Assembly (NCBI GenBank): GCA_964653805.1
Contig: CAZZFS010000003.1
Location: 7,495 to 71,494, forward strand
From: an uncultured Clostridiaceae bacterium
Lineage (GTDB): Bacteria > Bacillota > Clostridia > TANB77 > CAG-465
Length of the DNA: 64,000 nucleotides
Direction: 5' to 3'
Below the pieces are notes generated by a model. That model was not told the origin of the DNA and made no database searches. It worked only from the letters and a program-made list of their open reading frames with translations. Positions 30,750 through 41,035 of the stretch are shown here, piece by piece. The translations under genes were made by a program, and so were the position numbers. How positions within the stretch are numbered: the first letter of the stretch is position 1; each line of letters opens with the position of its first letter.

Positions 30750-31717
30750 ATGCCATGCTCCTCATATAGTTTTACAACTATATCATCAATAGATGTCGTA
30801 TCAACTTCTAAATCAAGAATTTCAATTTTACTTGATAAAAAGGCTATAGCTTTAGCTAATGTTAATATATTTTCGTCTAATTCTAATTTTATTCTATTGT
30901 TATATTTTTCTATTAAAACAAGTCCCTCGCATAAGTTATTAATTTCACCATTAAATGATATTGTTAGATATTTTTTACTAAATTTCTTTTTTAAATCGGA
31001 TAAATTACCATCTAGTAATATACTGCCTTTACCAATTAAAATAATTCTATTTGTTAGCGCTTCAATATCTTGTGTATCATGTGTTGTAAGTATTATTGTA
31101 GTTTTATCTTCTTTATTTATTTTTTTTATAAATTCTCTTACAGCTATTTTTGATACAGCATCTAAACCTATTGTTGGTTCATCTAGAAATACTATTTTAG
31201 GTTTATGCAAAAATGCTGCTGCAATTTCGCATCTCATTCTTTGACCTAAACTTAATTGTCTAGTAGGTGTTTTAATTATTTCTTCTATATCTAGTAATTT
31301 AATTAATTTATTTTTTTGCTCTAGATATTCTTTATCTGGTATTTTATAAATATTTTTTAAAAGTTCAAAACTATCATCTACAGGTACATCCCACCAAAGA
31401 CCACTTCTGTTGCCAAATACAACACCAATATCTTTAACATATTTTGTTCTTTTTTTCCATGGATTTAATCCTGCAATGTTAGCATCTCCACTATCGGGTG
31501 TTAATATACCAGCCATTATTTTTATAGTAGTTGATTTTCCAGCGCCATTTGGACCGATGTATCCTACCATTTCTCCTTCGTTAATTTTAAAAGAAATATT
31601 ATCTAAAGCTTTTAAAATTTCATAATCTTTTTTGAAAAATGATTTAAATGCACTTTTTAAACCTGCTGACCTTTTTCTTATTTTGTAAGTCTTCGTTATG
31701 TTTGTTAATTCTATCAT
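30746..31717 (-). CDS. ABC exporter ATP-binding protein
   Basis: GPNGAGKST, LSLGQRMR, FLDEPTIGLD, TTHD. Confidence 0.93.
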   Translation of the reverse strand: MIELTNITKTYKIRKRSAGLKSAFKSFFKKDYEILKALDNISFKINEGEMVGYIGPNGAGKSTTIKIMAGILTPDSGDANIAGLNPWKKRTKYVKDIGVVFGNRSGLWWDVPVDDSFELLKNIYKIPDKEYLEQKNKLIKLLDIEEIIKTPTRQLSLGQRMRCEIAAAFLHKPKIVFLDEPTIGLDAVSKIAVREFIKKINKEDKTTIILTTHDTQDIEALTNRIILIGKGSILLDGNLSDLKKKFSKKYLTISFNGEINNLCEGLVLIEKYNNRIKLELDENILTLAKAIAFLSSKIEILDLEVDTTSIDDIVVKLYEEHGI

Positions 31718-31835
31718 TATAATATCCTCCCTTCAATGAATACAACGACAATGGAGTGCAATTCTTCTTTAGGAATTACACTCATAACTTAAAAATATAT
31801 GTTTTTAGATAAGCCTACCACATTTTTGTAATAGT

Positions 31836-31864
31836 ATTATACTTTGTTTTACAGTTATTGTCAA
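31836..31864 (-). promoter_or_regulatory. Consensus sigma70 promoter of the ABC operon
   Basis: Minus strand TTGACA (31864-31859), 17 bp, TATAAT (31841-31836). Confidence 0.8.
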
Positions 31865-31973
31865 CTAAATATGTTAAATTAATATATTTAAAAATCAAAT
31901 ACAAAAAAATTACATAAATTACAGTTAATTGTTGAAAATTTTTTTAATAAAATATATAATATATTAAACGGAG

Positions 31974-32189
31974 GTGAAATTTATGTTAAAAAAAGTTATA
32001 ATATTTATTTTGATTTTAATTATAATGATACCAGTTGCGTATATAGGTTCAAGGGGTATTTTCACAACAGGTGATATAGGCGTTCAATATCCGTATTTGT
32101 TTGCTGGGATTGGTATAGCTTCAGTTTTTGTAATAGGTCTTTCATATAAAACTTTATTTATGAAAAAGACGGAAAAGATAAAAAAATAA
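31974..32189 (+). CDS. Small two-TM membrane protein
   Basis: GGAGGTG RBS (true start possibly ATG 31983), two hydrophobic helices. Confidence 0.65.
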   Translation: MKFMLKKVIIFILILIIMIPVAYIGSRGIFTTGDIGVQYPYLFAGIGIASVFVIGLSYKTLFMKKTEKIKK

Positions 32190-32401
32190 TATTGAGATTT
32201 GTTTTTACAACCCAATATATATTATAGAACCAAAAATATTGTAATTAAATTTACAATATTTTTTTCTCTTTTTATGTTTTCAAAAGAAAGTTGAATTTTT
32301 AATAAATTAATTCTCTTTTGTATTTTTGTTTTAGTAATATAATTGAAAAATTGTATTTGTTATGGTATAAATAAAATGTAATAATTAAAGGAGTATACAC
32401 A

Positions 32402-32698
32402 ATGAAAAAAGAAATATATTTAATAAGGCACTCAGGTCCTTTTGTTGAACTTAATAATATAGAAAATTTGAAATTTGAACTTCAAAGTGAACGAATTATA
32501 TTATCAGTAGAGGGTGAGAAAAAAGCAGAGAAATTAAGTGATTTAAATGAATTTAAAAATACTGATGTTATATATTCTAGTAATTCTAATAGAGCTATTG
32601 CAACAGTAAAATATATTGCTGAAAAAAGTAATTTGAAAATTAATGTTGAAAATAATATAGAAACAATAAGTAATATAAAAATTAACATAAAAACGTAA
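32402..32698 (+). pseudogene. Truncated histidine phosphatase family protein
   Basis: IYLIRHS and IYSSNSNRAIAT N-terminal motifs, but the ORF stops at 98 aa before the second catalytic His region. Confidence 0.65.
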
Positions 32699-32758
32699 TA
32701 TGATATAACGAATATGTCAAATATATATCAAACTTAACTAAGTGGAAAATTTAAAATA

Positions 32759-33751
32759 ATGGAGGAAATGATTATGTTTTTAAAAGATGGATTTTCACTA
32801 ACCAAAAAAAGTGGGAGATTAACCGAGGATGCTGTGTTTTTTTCAACTAATTTGGTTGCGGTAATTGATGGTGCTAGTAGTAAGACAACAAGATTGTTTG
32901 ATGGAAAAACACCAGGTAGAATTGTTATGGAACTTATACTTGAAAGATTAAAAATAATAAGTGCCCAAAAACCAAACATTACTGTGATAGAATTATTTAA
33001 TGATTTAAATGACGCTATTTTAAACTGGCATAAGATGGGTGGAACTTTAGAAGAAGCTAAAATCAATCCAAATATTCGCCCATCAGCAACAATCACTTTT
33101 TACTTACCAAATATAGGTCAATATGGAACTGTTGCAAGTATTACGGAGCATAATTTTGTGATTGATGAAGATGTATATAATAGATCTTTTGAAGTTGATA
33201 TTATGTATGAAGAAATAAAAAAAGTGGTTACTCCAAAATTACAAGAACTTTACAAAGAAGATACAACAAAAATAGCAACTATTCTTAATGAAGTTCTTGT
33301 ACCACTATATAATATCCAACCTAATTTTCAAAATTCAAATAATATGGAATTTGGTTATTTTGTATTAGATGGTTTTTTAGATACAAAAAAAGCTATCAAA
33401 GAAGGTGGTATTTTTATTAAAGAACTTGAAACACAACCAAATCAATTAACTTTAGCAACTGATGGTTTTGATATTTTAAGTTCTCATGATACAAATGAAG
33501 ATATAAAAAATCACTTAATATCTTTATCAAATGATCCTTGTAGAAATTCTACTAACAATTACAAGATATATGATAATAAAAGTGGATTGCTTAATTTTGA
33601 TGACTTTTCAAGAATTACAGTGGATTTTAGAGAAGGTAAAGATAACAAAAAATTGCTAGAATGTTTTGATAAATCTACGCCAAATGAAATGTTAACTGCT
33701 ATAGAAAATTATTCGTTAAATAAATATAATGGAATTGTTAATGAAAGTTAA
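32759..33751 (+). CDS. PP2C-like fold protein
   Basis: EDA...VIDGASSK, LATDG, FDD acidic motifs; start may be ATG 32774. Confidence 0.6.
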   Translation: MEEMIMFLKDGFSLTKKSGRLTEDAVFFSTNLVAVIDGASSKTTRLFDGKTPGRIVMELILERLKIISAQKPNITVIELFNDLNDAILNWHKMGGTLEEAKINPNIRPSATITFYLPNIGQYGTVASITEHNFVIDEDVYNRSFEVDIMYEEIKKVVTPKLQELYKEDTTKIATILNEVLVPLYNIQPNFQNSNNMEFGYFVLDGFLDTKKAIKEGGIFIKELETQPNQLTLATDGFDILSSHDTNEDIKNHLISLSNDPCRNSTNNYKIYDNKSGLLNFDDFSRITVDFREGKDNKKLLECFDKSTPNEMLTAIENYSLNKYNGIVNES

Positions 33752-33825
33752 AAAAACGCTGTATAATTCAATTGAATTATACAGCGTTTTTATTTTTTTA
33801 TAATCTAAATATTTTTTATTAATTT

Positions 33826-34146
33826 TTATGTTTCTAAATTTCTATATTCATTTCCCCAATCAACCATAGAAAATATTATTGGTTTTAGTGAAAGACCAGT
33901 TTCAGTTAATGAATATTCAACTTTTGGTGGAACTTCAGCATATACTTTTCTTTTTACAAGTCCACTTTTTTCCATATCCTTCAAATTATTAGTTAAAACT
34001 TTTTGAGAAATATTTTTTAAAGATTTTCTTAATTCTCCAAATCTTTTTGTTCCATTTAATAAATCGCGTATTATTAAAATTTTCCATTTGTCACTAATTA
34101 ATCCTAATGTTATTTCAACAGGACACTCTGGCAAATCTTTTTTCAT
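33826..34146 (-). CDS. HxlR-family winged-helix regulator
   Basis: CPVE..L..I..KWK..I, RFGEL, ISQKVLT, YAEVPPKVEYSLT. Confidence 0.93.
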   Translation of the reverse strand: MKKDLPECPVEITLGLISDKWKILIIRDLLNGTKRFGELRKSLKNISQKVLTNNLKDMEKSGLVKRKVYAEVPPKVEYSLTETGLSLKPIIFSMVDWGNEYRNLET

Positions 34147-34320
34147 AAAATCAACTCCTTTTAAATTTTATATAATTATATCAAAAAAAAATAAAAAATC
34201 AATAGTTGTTAAAATTAGTATAATCAATAATAGTGTCTTTTTAGTAACTATATAACTAAAAAGTGCCTACTTTAAATTTGAATATAAGTATACTATAATT
34301 TTATAAGAGGAGGTGATAAT

Positions 34321-34488
34321 ATGTTTAAGGGATATATTTCTAGGATAACTGCACAAAGTTATTTCAATGCTCCTAAATTTGCAATGGCAACTTCAGCATG
34401 TGGTTCTGCGTGTGGAGCTGGAGATGATACAAAAAAAGAAGAACCAAAGTCAAGTGCATGTGGTTCTGCATGTGGAGCATCTAACTAG
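34321..34488 (+). CDS. ACGX-repeat precursor peptide (55 aa; not in ORF track)
   Basis: AGGAGGTG RBS; translates to MFKGYISRITAQSYFNAPKFAMATSACGSACGAGDDTKKEEPKSSACGSACGASN; directly upstream of a radical SAM/SPASM gene. Confidence 0.9.
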   Translation: MFKGYISRITAQSYFNAPKFAMATSACGSACGAGDDTKKEEPKSSACGSACGASN

Positions 34489-34493
34489 TTAAA

Positions 34494-34530
34494 GTACAGT
34501 ATTCTTAATATTTAATTAAGAATACTGTAC
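34494..34530 (+). terminator. Perfect 16-bp hairpin between precursor and maturase (stabiliser or partial terminator)
   Basis: GTACAGTATTCTTAAT-ATTTA-ATTAAGAATACTGTAC, no U-tract. Confidence 0.6.
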
Positions 34531-34621
34531 CATATATGTATAATAATATAAATTAGAGTGAATATATTAAAAAAACTAGAAATTTAGTTTTAAAATATTT
34601 AAGATATAAAAAGGGGGGAAT

Positions 34622-35644
34622 ATGGAATATTTTGCTTTTCAGTGGCATATAACTGATAATTGTGATCAAAGATGTATACATTGTTATATTTTTTCTGAAA
34701 ATAATAATATATGTTTAAAAGAAATGGACTTAAATCAAATGAAAAATGTTTTAGAAAATTGTATAGAAATGTGTGTAAAAATAAATAAGTTACCTTATTT
34801 TTATATAACAGGAGGAGATCCTATACTTCATAAAAAGTTTTGGAATTTGTTAGGTTTATTAAAAGAAAAACATATTCTTTTTACAATACTAGGAAATCCA
34901 TTTCATTTAAATGATGAAGTGTGTAAAAAGCTAAAAGAATATGGATGCCAAAAGTATCAACTTTCCATTGATGGGATGAGAAAAACCCATGATAGTATAA
35001 GAAAAAAAGGATCATTTGATACAACAATATCTAAAATAAAATGTATTAAAAATGCAGGCATTAAAGCTGTTGTAATGACAACAGTTTCAGGAACAAATAT
35101 AAAAGAAATTCCAGATATAATAGATTTAGTAGTTGTAAATAAGGTAGATATATTTGCATTTGCAAGATATTGTCCAACTAGTCAAGAAAAAGATGTACAT
35201 ATAACTCCAAAGGAATATAAAGAATTATTAAATAATTGTTGGGAAAAATTCGAAAAATATAAAGATGAAGAAACAAGTTTTAATTTAAAAGATCACTTAT
35301 GGACTTTATTTTTGTATGAAAAAGGTCTTTTTAAAATACCTAAAGGTTTAAAAAAAGATACTATGTATGATGGTTGTAATTGTGGAAAATCACATTTGAC
35401 AATATTACCTACAGGCGATGTTTATGCTTGCAGGAGAATGAAAAGTAAAGTTGGGAATATATTTGAAAAAGATATCTATAATATATTTATAAGTAAAGAA
35501 ATGAATAAGTATAGACAGTATAAAAAATTTGAGAAATGTTCTAAATGTGAACTTTTGAGGTTTTGTAGAGGATGTCCAGCTGTAAGTTATGGAATAAAAC
35601 ATAATATGTATTTAAATGATCCACAATGTTGGAAAGAGGTATAA
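34622..35644 (+). CDS. Radical SAM/SPASM peptide maturase, ACGX system
   Basis: FAFQWHITDNCDQRCIHC; SPASM GCNCG...GDVYACRR...CSKCELLRFCRGCPA...DPQC. Confidence 0.9.
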   Translation: MEYFAFQWHITDNCDQRCIHCYIFSENNNICLKEMDLNQMKNVLENCIEMCVKINKLPYFYITGGDPILHKKFWNLLGLLKEKHILFTILGNPFHLNDEVCKKLKEYGCQKYQLSIDGMRKTHDSIRKKGSFDTTISKIKCIKNAGIKAVVMTTVSGTNIKEIPDIIDLVVVNKVDIFAFARYCPTSQEKDVHITPKEYKELLNNCWEKFEKYKDEETSFNLKDHLWTLFLYEKGLFKIPKGLKKDTMYDGCNCGKSHLTILPTGDVYACRRMKSKVGNIFEKDIYNIFISKEMNKYRQYKKFEKCSKCELLRFCRGCPAVSYGIKHNMYLNDPQCWKEV

Positions 35645-35645
35645 A

Positions 35646-36224
35646 ATGGAACTTTTGGATTTAATGAAAATGAGAAGAAGTATTAGAAAATATAAAAATA
35701 AACAAATAATTGAAGATGATTTAAAAAAAATTATTGAAGCAGGACTGTATGCACCAAATGCAGGTGGAGGCCAAAGAGGAATTATATATGCTTGTCAAAA
35801 TAAAGAATTGAATGAAAAAATAGGAAAAAATAACATAAATTCATTTAATAAAAATAATTTAATAGGTTCTTATGTTTCAAGTGAACAACCAAGTATTATT
35901 GATGATTCAAATATAAAAAGTGGATTTTATTGTGCACCAACAGTGATTGTTATATTTGGACCAATTAATTTTTTATATAGTATTCCAGATTCTTTTTGTA
36001 TAGCTGAAAATATAGTTTTAGAAGCTAAAGAATTAGGTATTGATTCTTGCATTATTGCAAGAGCAGAAGAAACTTTTGATAATGAATTTGGAAAAGAAGT
36101 ACTAGAGAAATGGGAAGTTCCAAAAAATTATATTGCGAGAGTTTTTGTAACATTAGGTTATGTAGAGGGTGAATATCCTAATATTAAACAAATAAAAGAA
36201 AATCGTTTTAGAATAATTAAATAA
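35646..36224 (+). CDS. Nitroreductase family protein
   Basis: RRSIRKY, AGLYAPNAGGGQ, AKELGIDSC; ATG 35646 just after the maturase stop. Confidence 0.88.
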   Translation: MELLDLMKMRRSIRKYKNKQIIEDDLKKIIEAGLYAPNAGGGQRGIIYACQNKELNEKIGKNNINSFNKNNLIGSYVSSEQPSIIDDSNIKSGFYCAPTVIVIFGPINFLYSIPDSFCIAENIVLEAKELGIDSCIIARAEETFDNEFGKEVLEKWEVPKNYIARVFVTLGYVEGEYPNIKQIKENRFRIIK

Positions 36225-36288
36225 TAATGAGTATTGTAAGTATTCAGATTTCTATGATATAATATGGATAAATAAAAAGGAGTAAATT

Positions 36289-37164
36289 ATGCATGATATT
36301 TGGAATCCATGGCATGGTTGTAAGAAAATAAGTGAAGGATGTCAAAATTGTTATATGTACTTTTTAGATCGAGTAAGAGGAAATACAAGTGGAGATTTGA
36401 TATATAAAACAAAAAAGAATTTTGATTATCCACTGCATAAAGATAAAAAAGGTAATTACAAAATAAAAAGTGGAGAAATGATTAGAATTTGTATGACATC
36501 TGATTTTTTTATAGAAGAAGCTGATAATTGGAGAAAAGAAATTTGGGTAATTATAAAAAAAAGAAGTGATGTTAAGTTTTTTATACTCACAAAAAGGGCT
36601 AATAGAATAAAAGAAAATTTACCTGAAGATTGGGGAAGTGGATATGAAAATGTTATAATAAATGTAACTTGTGAAAATCAAAAAAGAGCAGATGAAAGAA
36701 TACAAATATTACTAGATATTGAAGCTAAACATAAAGGGATAATGATAGCACCTTTTATAGGAGAAATAAGTATAGAAAAATATTTAAAAACAGGTCAAAT
36801 TGAACAAGTTATTTGTGGTGGAGAAAATTATGATGGTTCAAGAATTTGTGATTTTGAATGGGTAAAAAATTTAAATAAAGAATGTAAAAAATATGATGTT
36901 ACATTTTGTTTTATTGAAACAGGAACTAATTTTGTAAAGGATGGAAAAAAATATTATATAGCTAAAAAAAATATACAAAGTAAAATGGCATATAAATCTA
37001 ATATGAATTATAAAGGTAAAGATATAGAATTTAAACTTTTTGATGAAATTGGAAATGAATTAACACTTGAAAAATTATATATTCCAATATATAAGAAACA
37101 TTGTGATGAATGCAGTAGCAAATTAATTTGTAATGGTTGCAGTGAATGTGGAAAGTGTGAATAA
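36289..37164 (+). CDS. DUF5131 (phage Gp37/Gp68-like) radical-SAM-like protein with Cys-rich tail
   Basis: WNPWHGCKKISEGCQNCY, SDFF, LTKR, GGE; C-terminal CDECSSKLICNGCSECGKC. Confidence 0.82.
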   Translation: MHDIWNPWHGCKKISEGCQNCYMYFLDRVRGNTSGDLIYKTKKNFDYPLHKDKKGNYKIKSGEMIRICMTSDFFIEEADNWRKEIWVIIKKRSDVKFFILTKRANRIKENLPEDWGSGYENVIINVTCENQKRADERIQILLDIEAKHKGIMIAPFIGEISIEKYLKTGQIEQVICGGENYDGSRICDFEWVKNLNKECKKYDVTFCFIETGTNFVKDGKKYYIAKKNIQSKMAYKSNMNYKGKDIEFKLFDEIGNELTLEKLYIPIYKKHCDECSSKLICNGCSECGKCE

Positions 37165-37216
37165 AAAAGAAACACTATCAATTCAAATTTGAATTGATAG
37201 TGTTTAACTAAGGCAT

Positions 37217-37591
37217 TTAAATAATTTTTTCTATTGTTTGCCAAAAATTAGCAAACAATGCTTCCATTGCATTCATAATAAGATCCACAAACTTGTAAAG
37301 GGAGGGGACTTGTTCCCTAAGTTCTGGCACAAAATGTGCTAAAACAATAAAAATAATAGCGCCAGCAAATATTTTAGAAATAAATTTTATAACTAAAAAC
37401 ATTGCGTTAAAAACAGTTCTTTCTAGTTTTGCTGAATTTGCTTTCCGTGCCAAATTTTCCTTTATTTGTGCTTGTAAATCAATTTCTTGACTTTCAACAC
37501 GAATACCATTAGATGGCATTGAGCCATCAATTGGTGTAGAGTTTACTCCACTAAACCCTAACAACATTTTGAATCTTTTGATGAATTCCAT
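37217..37591 (-). CDS. Hypothetical membrane-associated protein
   Basis: AGGAGG RBS, one hydrophobic segment. Confidence 0.65.
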   Translation of the reverse strand: MEFIKRFKMLLGFSGVNSTPIDGSMPSNGIRVESQEIDLQAQIKENLARKANSAKLERTVFNAMFLVIKFISKIFAGAIIFIVLAHFVPELREQVPSLYKFVDLIMNAMEALFANFWQTIEKII

Positions 37592-37734
37592 TTTTTTTCT
37601 TCCTCCTGTTTTTAATCACATAAAATTACAATGTGATTAATATAAATAACTATACTTACATTATATCATGATTTACATAATAATACAAGTTTTGACAGAG
37701 AATTTTGGATTTTTTTGAAAAATCAATATATAAA

Positions 37735-38379
37735 TTAAGAATTTAATTGTTTTATTTTTTCGTTTACATCTTCCCAAGGAAAAATAGTAATTAATTTTTT
37801 TGAATCTATTTTTAAAAAATTACATTCTTCATTAGTTAAATTCATAGATTCATTAGTATAAAATCCTGATAAATTTAAAATTACATTTTTAACGCAATTT
37901 TTATAATAATGATCTCTAGATATTGTAACGTAAATAATTTTTGCATTTGGTAAAACTTCTAATATCATATCCACTGCTAAATTAGCAGTTTTTCCAGTTA
38001 CATGTTTGTCTTCAACTAGTAAAATACATTCATTATCATTTAAAGATAGAGAATTGTAATTTGTAAAATTAATTTTTTTATCAAGAGTACATTTTTTGTA
38101 ATTATATTTAATTTGTATGGGTAACATATCTTTTATATTAAGTTTTTCCGATAACATAACAGCTGGTATTAATCCACTACACATAATAGGTACTATATAT
38201 TTAATGTTAAGATTATTTAAATTAATATATTCTGAAAGTTCTTTTGTTATTAAATCTATGTTATTTGACAGTCTATCCCAAGATACAATATCAAAATCTT
38301 CTTCAATAAAATCACGATTCATACAATCCCTTTTCCAACCTATATTTTTATTTTTTTCTGTTATATAATTTTCATTCAT
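37735..38379 (-). CDS. Type I phosphoribosyltransferase-like protein
   Basis: SGLIPAVMLS, ILLVEDKHVTGKTA PRPP loop, FPWE. Confidence 0.78.
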   Translation of the reverse strand: MNENYITEKNKNIGWKRDCMNRDFIEEDFDIVSWDRLSNNIDLITKELSEYINLNNLNIKYIVPIMCSGLIPAVMLSEKLNIKDMLPIQIKYNYKKCTLDKKINFTNYNSLSLNDNECILLVEDKHVTGKTANLAVDMILEVLPNAKIIYVTISRDHYYKNCVKNVILNLSGFYTNESMNLTNEECNFLKIDSKKLITIFPWEDVNEKIKQLNS

Positions 38380-38697
38380 AAATTTAATTCTCCTTTTTTA
38401 TTAAAACTATAATTTGATTTATAAAATCAAAAAGTTTTAAATAATTAGCTTATTTTTTGTATATGATTATATATTAAATATATGATTAAAACAAGTATAA
38501 GTATATGGAATTAGAGTTTTAATTAATAATGAAAAATATTAAAATAAAATCAAACACCATAATATTTATAGTTAAAAGAATTAATGTTGACATAATATAA
38601 AAGCGGTGGTATAATGTTGCATAGAAGAGTTTAAAAATAACTCTCGAATAAAATATTCGGGGGTGTAAGGACCTCCGTTATAAAATAGGAGGAAAAA

Positions 38698-39171
38698 ATG
38701 GAAGTTATGCAAGCTAATGTTGGTGGTTTATTAATAAATCACTGCAATGGTGTTATTTTAGGTGTTGATTGGACAGATGAACGTAAAAAGAATAAGGCTG
38801 AACGTTCAATTGAAATATTGGCAAAAATTAATGAATTTAAGGAAAGAGGAGCTGAAATTGTAAAAACAGAACTAGTTGAAGCTTGGAAAGAAATGATGGA
38901 TATTGCTATTGAAAATCCTGATGAAATTTATTATAAAGGAGTTATAATTGCTGCTTGTATAGAATGCATGGAATTATTAAGCAAAGGTCAGCCAATTGAA
39001 ATATCATATAAACCAATAGATGTTGACGATGTTGAAAATCCTGCCATACAGTTTAATATGATACTTAGTGGGTGTCAAAATTATATTGCTACGGGTATTG
39101 TATCAACGTACCATATTCGAGGTAAGGAGTTTTGTGATTACAGAAATGCTTATGTAAAAATAATGGAATAA
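38698..39171 (+). CDS. Hypothetical protein with structured 5' leader
   Basis: TTGACA-17-TATAAT (38587-38615), AGGAGG RBS. Confidence 0.75.
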   Translation: MEVMQANVGGLLINHCNGVILGVDWTDERKKNKAERSIEILAKINEFKERGAEIVKTELVEAWKEMMDIAIENPDEIYYKGVIIAACIECMELLSKGQPIEISYKPIDVDDVENPAIQFNMILSGCQNYIATGIVSTYHIRGKEFCDYRNAYVKIME

Positions 39172-39343
39172 ATAAAATAAAAAATTAACTAAAAAAGATG
39201 CTATAATTTAAATTATGGTATCTTTTTTAGTTTAATGTGTAAATTCATTGAAAAAACCATAAGTATATAGTAAACTTAATATCAAATAAAAAAATATATA
39301 TAAATTAAAAAAATAATAAATAAAAAATAATAAAGGAGCTTAT

Positions 39344-39688
39344 ATGGATAAAATTTTAATTGATTGGTGTGAAAATTTAAAGAAATATTGGTTAAGTAAA
39401 GATATAGATAATATAACAAATTTATTTTACGATAAAGTAGAATATTATGAAACACCTTTTCAAAAAATTAGTGATTTAAAATATGTATGGAATGATATAT
39501 ATAATCAAGAAATTAATGATTTAAAATATAGAATTATGGCAATTCAAAATAATATAATTATTGCTAATTATATATTAATTTTAAAAGATGGTTATATATG
39601 CAATATGGTATATGAAATAGAATTAAATGAAGAAGATAAATGTATTAAATTTGTTCAATGGTATATGGAGAGTAAAAATAATGAATAA
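39344..39688 (+). CDS. NTF2/SnoaL-like protein
   Basis: W..KDID....LF...V.Y.ETPF...C..F.QW pattern. Confidence 0.65.
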   Translation: MDKILIDWCENLKKYWLSKDIDNITNLFYDKVEYYETPFQKISDLKYVWNDIYNQEINDLKYRIMAIQNNIIIANYILILKDGYICNMVYEIELNEEDKCIKFVQWYMESKNNE

Positions 39689-40523
39689 TATAAATGATAA
39701 AGAATATGAAAGTATTTCACCAACAGCCATTGTAACTTCATATCCAAGAAGTTTTACTAATATTCCTTATGAAAAAGAAATATACAATTGGATAAAGAAA
39801 AATATTGATTATAAATTAGTATTAAATAAAATGTTAGCTCCTGAACTTGAAGCAAGATATAAATTAGCTAATAAATTATTAGATGATTTAAAAATTAATC
39901 AAGTACTTGAATTAGCATCTGGTTACTCTTCAAGAGGTTTAATATATTCACAAAAAGGTTTTAATTATATTGAAATGGATTTAGCAGAAGTTGTTAATAA
40001 TAAAATTAAAATATTAGAATCATTTACAAATATTAATGGGAATTTACATATTACGGTTGGAAATGCTCTAGATATTAATTGTTATAAAAAATGTGAAGAG
40101 ATATTTGATATTAATAAAGAAGTAGTTATTTTAAATGAAGGATTATTAAGATATTTAACATTTGAAGAAAAAAGAATTGTTGCTAAAAATATATTTAATA
40201 CCTTATCTAAATTTGGAGGAGCATGGATAACTTGTGATGTAACTCCTAAAGAATTTATTAAATCACAAGAAAAAAATCTACCTGGATTTAATAGGGAATT
40301 AACTGAGTTGGCTAAAAGGAATAATATAAATGATAGATTTGAAAATAAAGAACATATTATAAAATTTTTTGGAGAAATTGGATTTGAAGTTGAATTTCAT
40401 TATTTTAAAGAAGTAAAAAATGAATTATCATCACCAAATATTTTAGGAATATCATCAACAGATGTGGATTCTTTGTTAGAACATGCAATAGTTGCCGTAA
40501 TGAGGATAAAAGAGAATAAATAA
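39681..40523 (+). CDS. Class I SAM-dependent methyltransferase (leucine carboxyl methyltransferase-like)
   Basis: ISPTA, VLELASGYSSRG, YIEMDL, NEGLLRYL; ATG 39681 overlaps the upstream gene end. Confidence 0.8.
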   Translation: MNNINDKEYESISPTAIVTSYPRSFTNIPYEKEIYNWIKKNIDYKLVLNKMLAPELEARYKLANKLLDDLKINQVLELASGYSSRGLIYSQKGFNYIEMDLAEVVNNKIKILESFTNINGNLHITVGNALDINCYKKCEEIFDINKEVVILNEGLLRYLTFEEKRIVAKNIFNTLSKFGGAWITCDVTPKEFIKSQEKNLPGFNRELTELAKRNNINDRFENKEHIIKFFGEIGFEVEFHYFKEVKNELSSPNILGISSTDVDSLLEHAIVAVMRIKENK

Positions 40524-40595
40524 AATTTTTAGAAGAGTTCTATTGTAAATATAATGTAAAAAAGTAATTATAAATTATTTTAGGAGGAAAGTATT

Positions 40596-40979
40596 ATGGA
40601 TAAAGAGTTTGAAAAATTATATGGTATAGCAAAAAGTTTAACAGGGGTAAGAGAATTAAGTGATCATGCTTCTTGTGGGCATGTTGGATGTGCTTTAATA
40701 ACAGATAAAGGTAATATATATACAGGAATTTGTATAGTGGCTGATTGTGGTATTGGATTTTGTGCAGAACATTCTGCTATTGCCGAAATGCTAAAAAACG
40801 GAGAATCTAGAATAATGAAAATAGTTGCGGCTACTGATACAGAAGTTTGTTCTCCTTGTGGAAGATGTAGAGAATTAATAAGAATGGTAAATAAAGATAA
40901 TATGGATACACTGATTATGGTAGAAAAAGATAAAATTATTAAATTAAGTGAAATATTACCTTATGCTTGGCATCATTAA
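40596..40979 (+). CDS. Cytidine deaminase family protein
   Basis: FCAEHSAIA and SPCGRCRE zinc motifs. Confidence 0.9.
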   Translation: MDKEFEKLYGIAKSLTGVRELSDHASCGHVGCALITDKGNIYTGICIVADCGIGFCAEHSAIAEMLKNGESRIMKIVAATDTEVCSPCGRCRELIRMVNKDNMDTLIMVEKDKIIKLSEILPYAWHH

Positions 40980-41035
40980 TATGTTGGAAAAACTAAATTA
41001 TAAGGTTATAATAATATAAATAAGGGGGATAAAAA

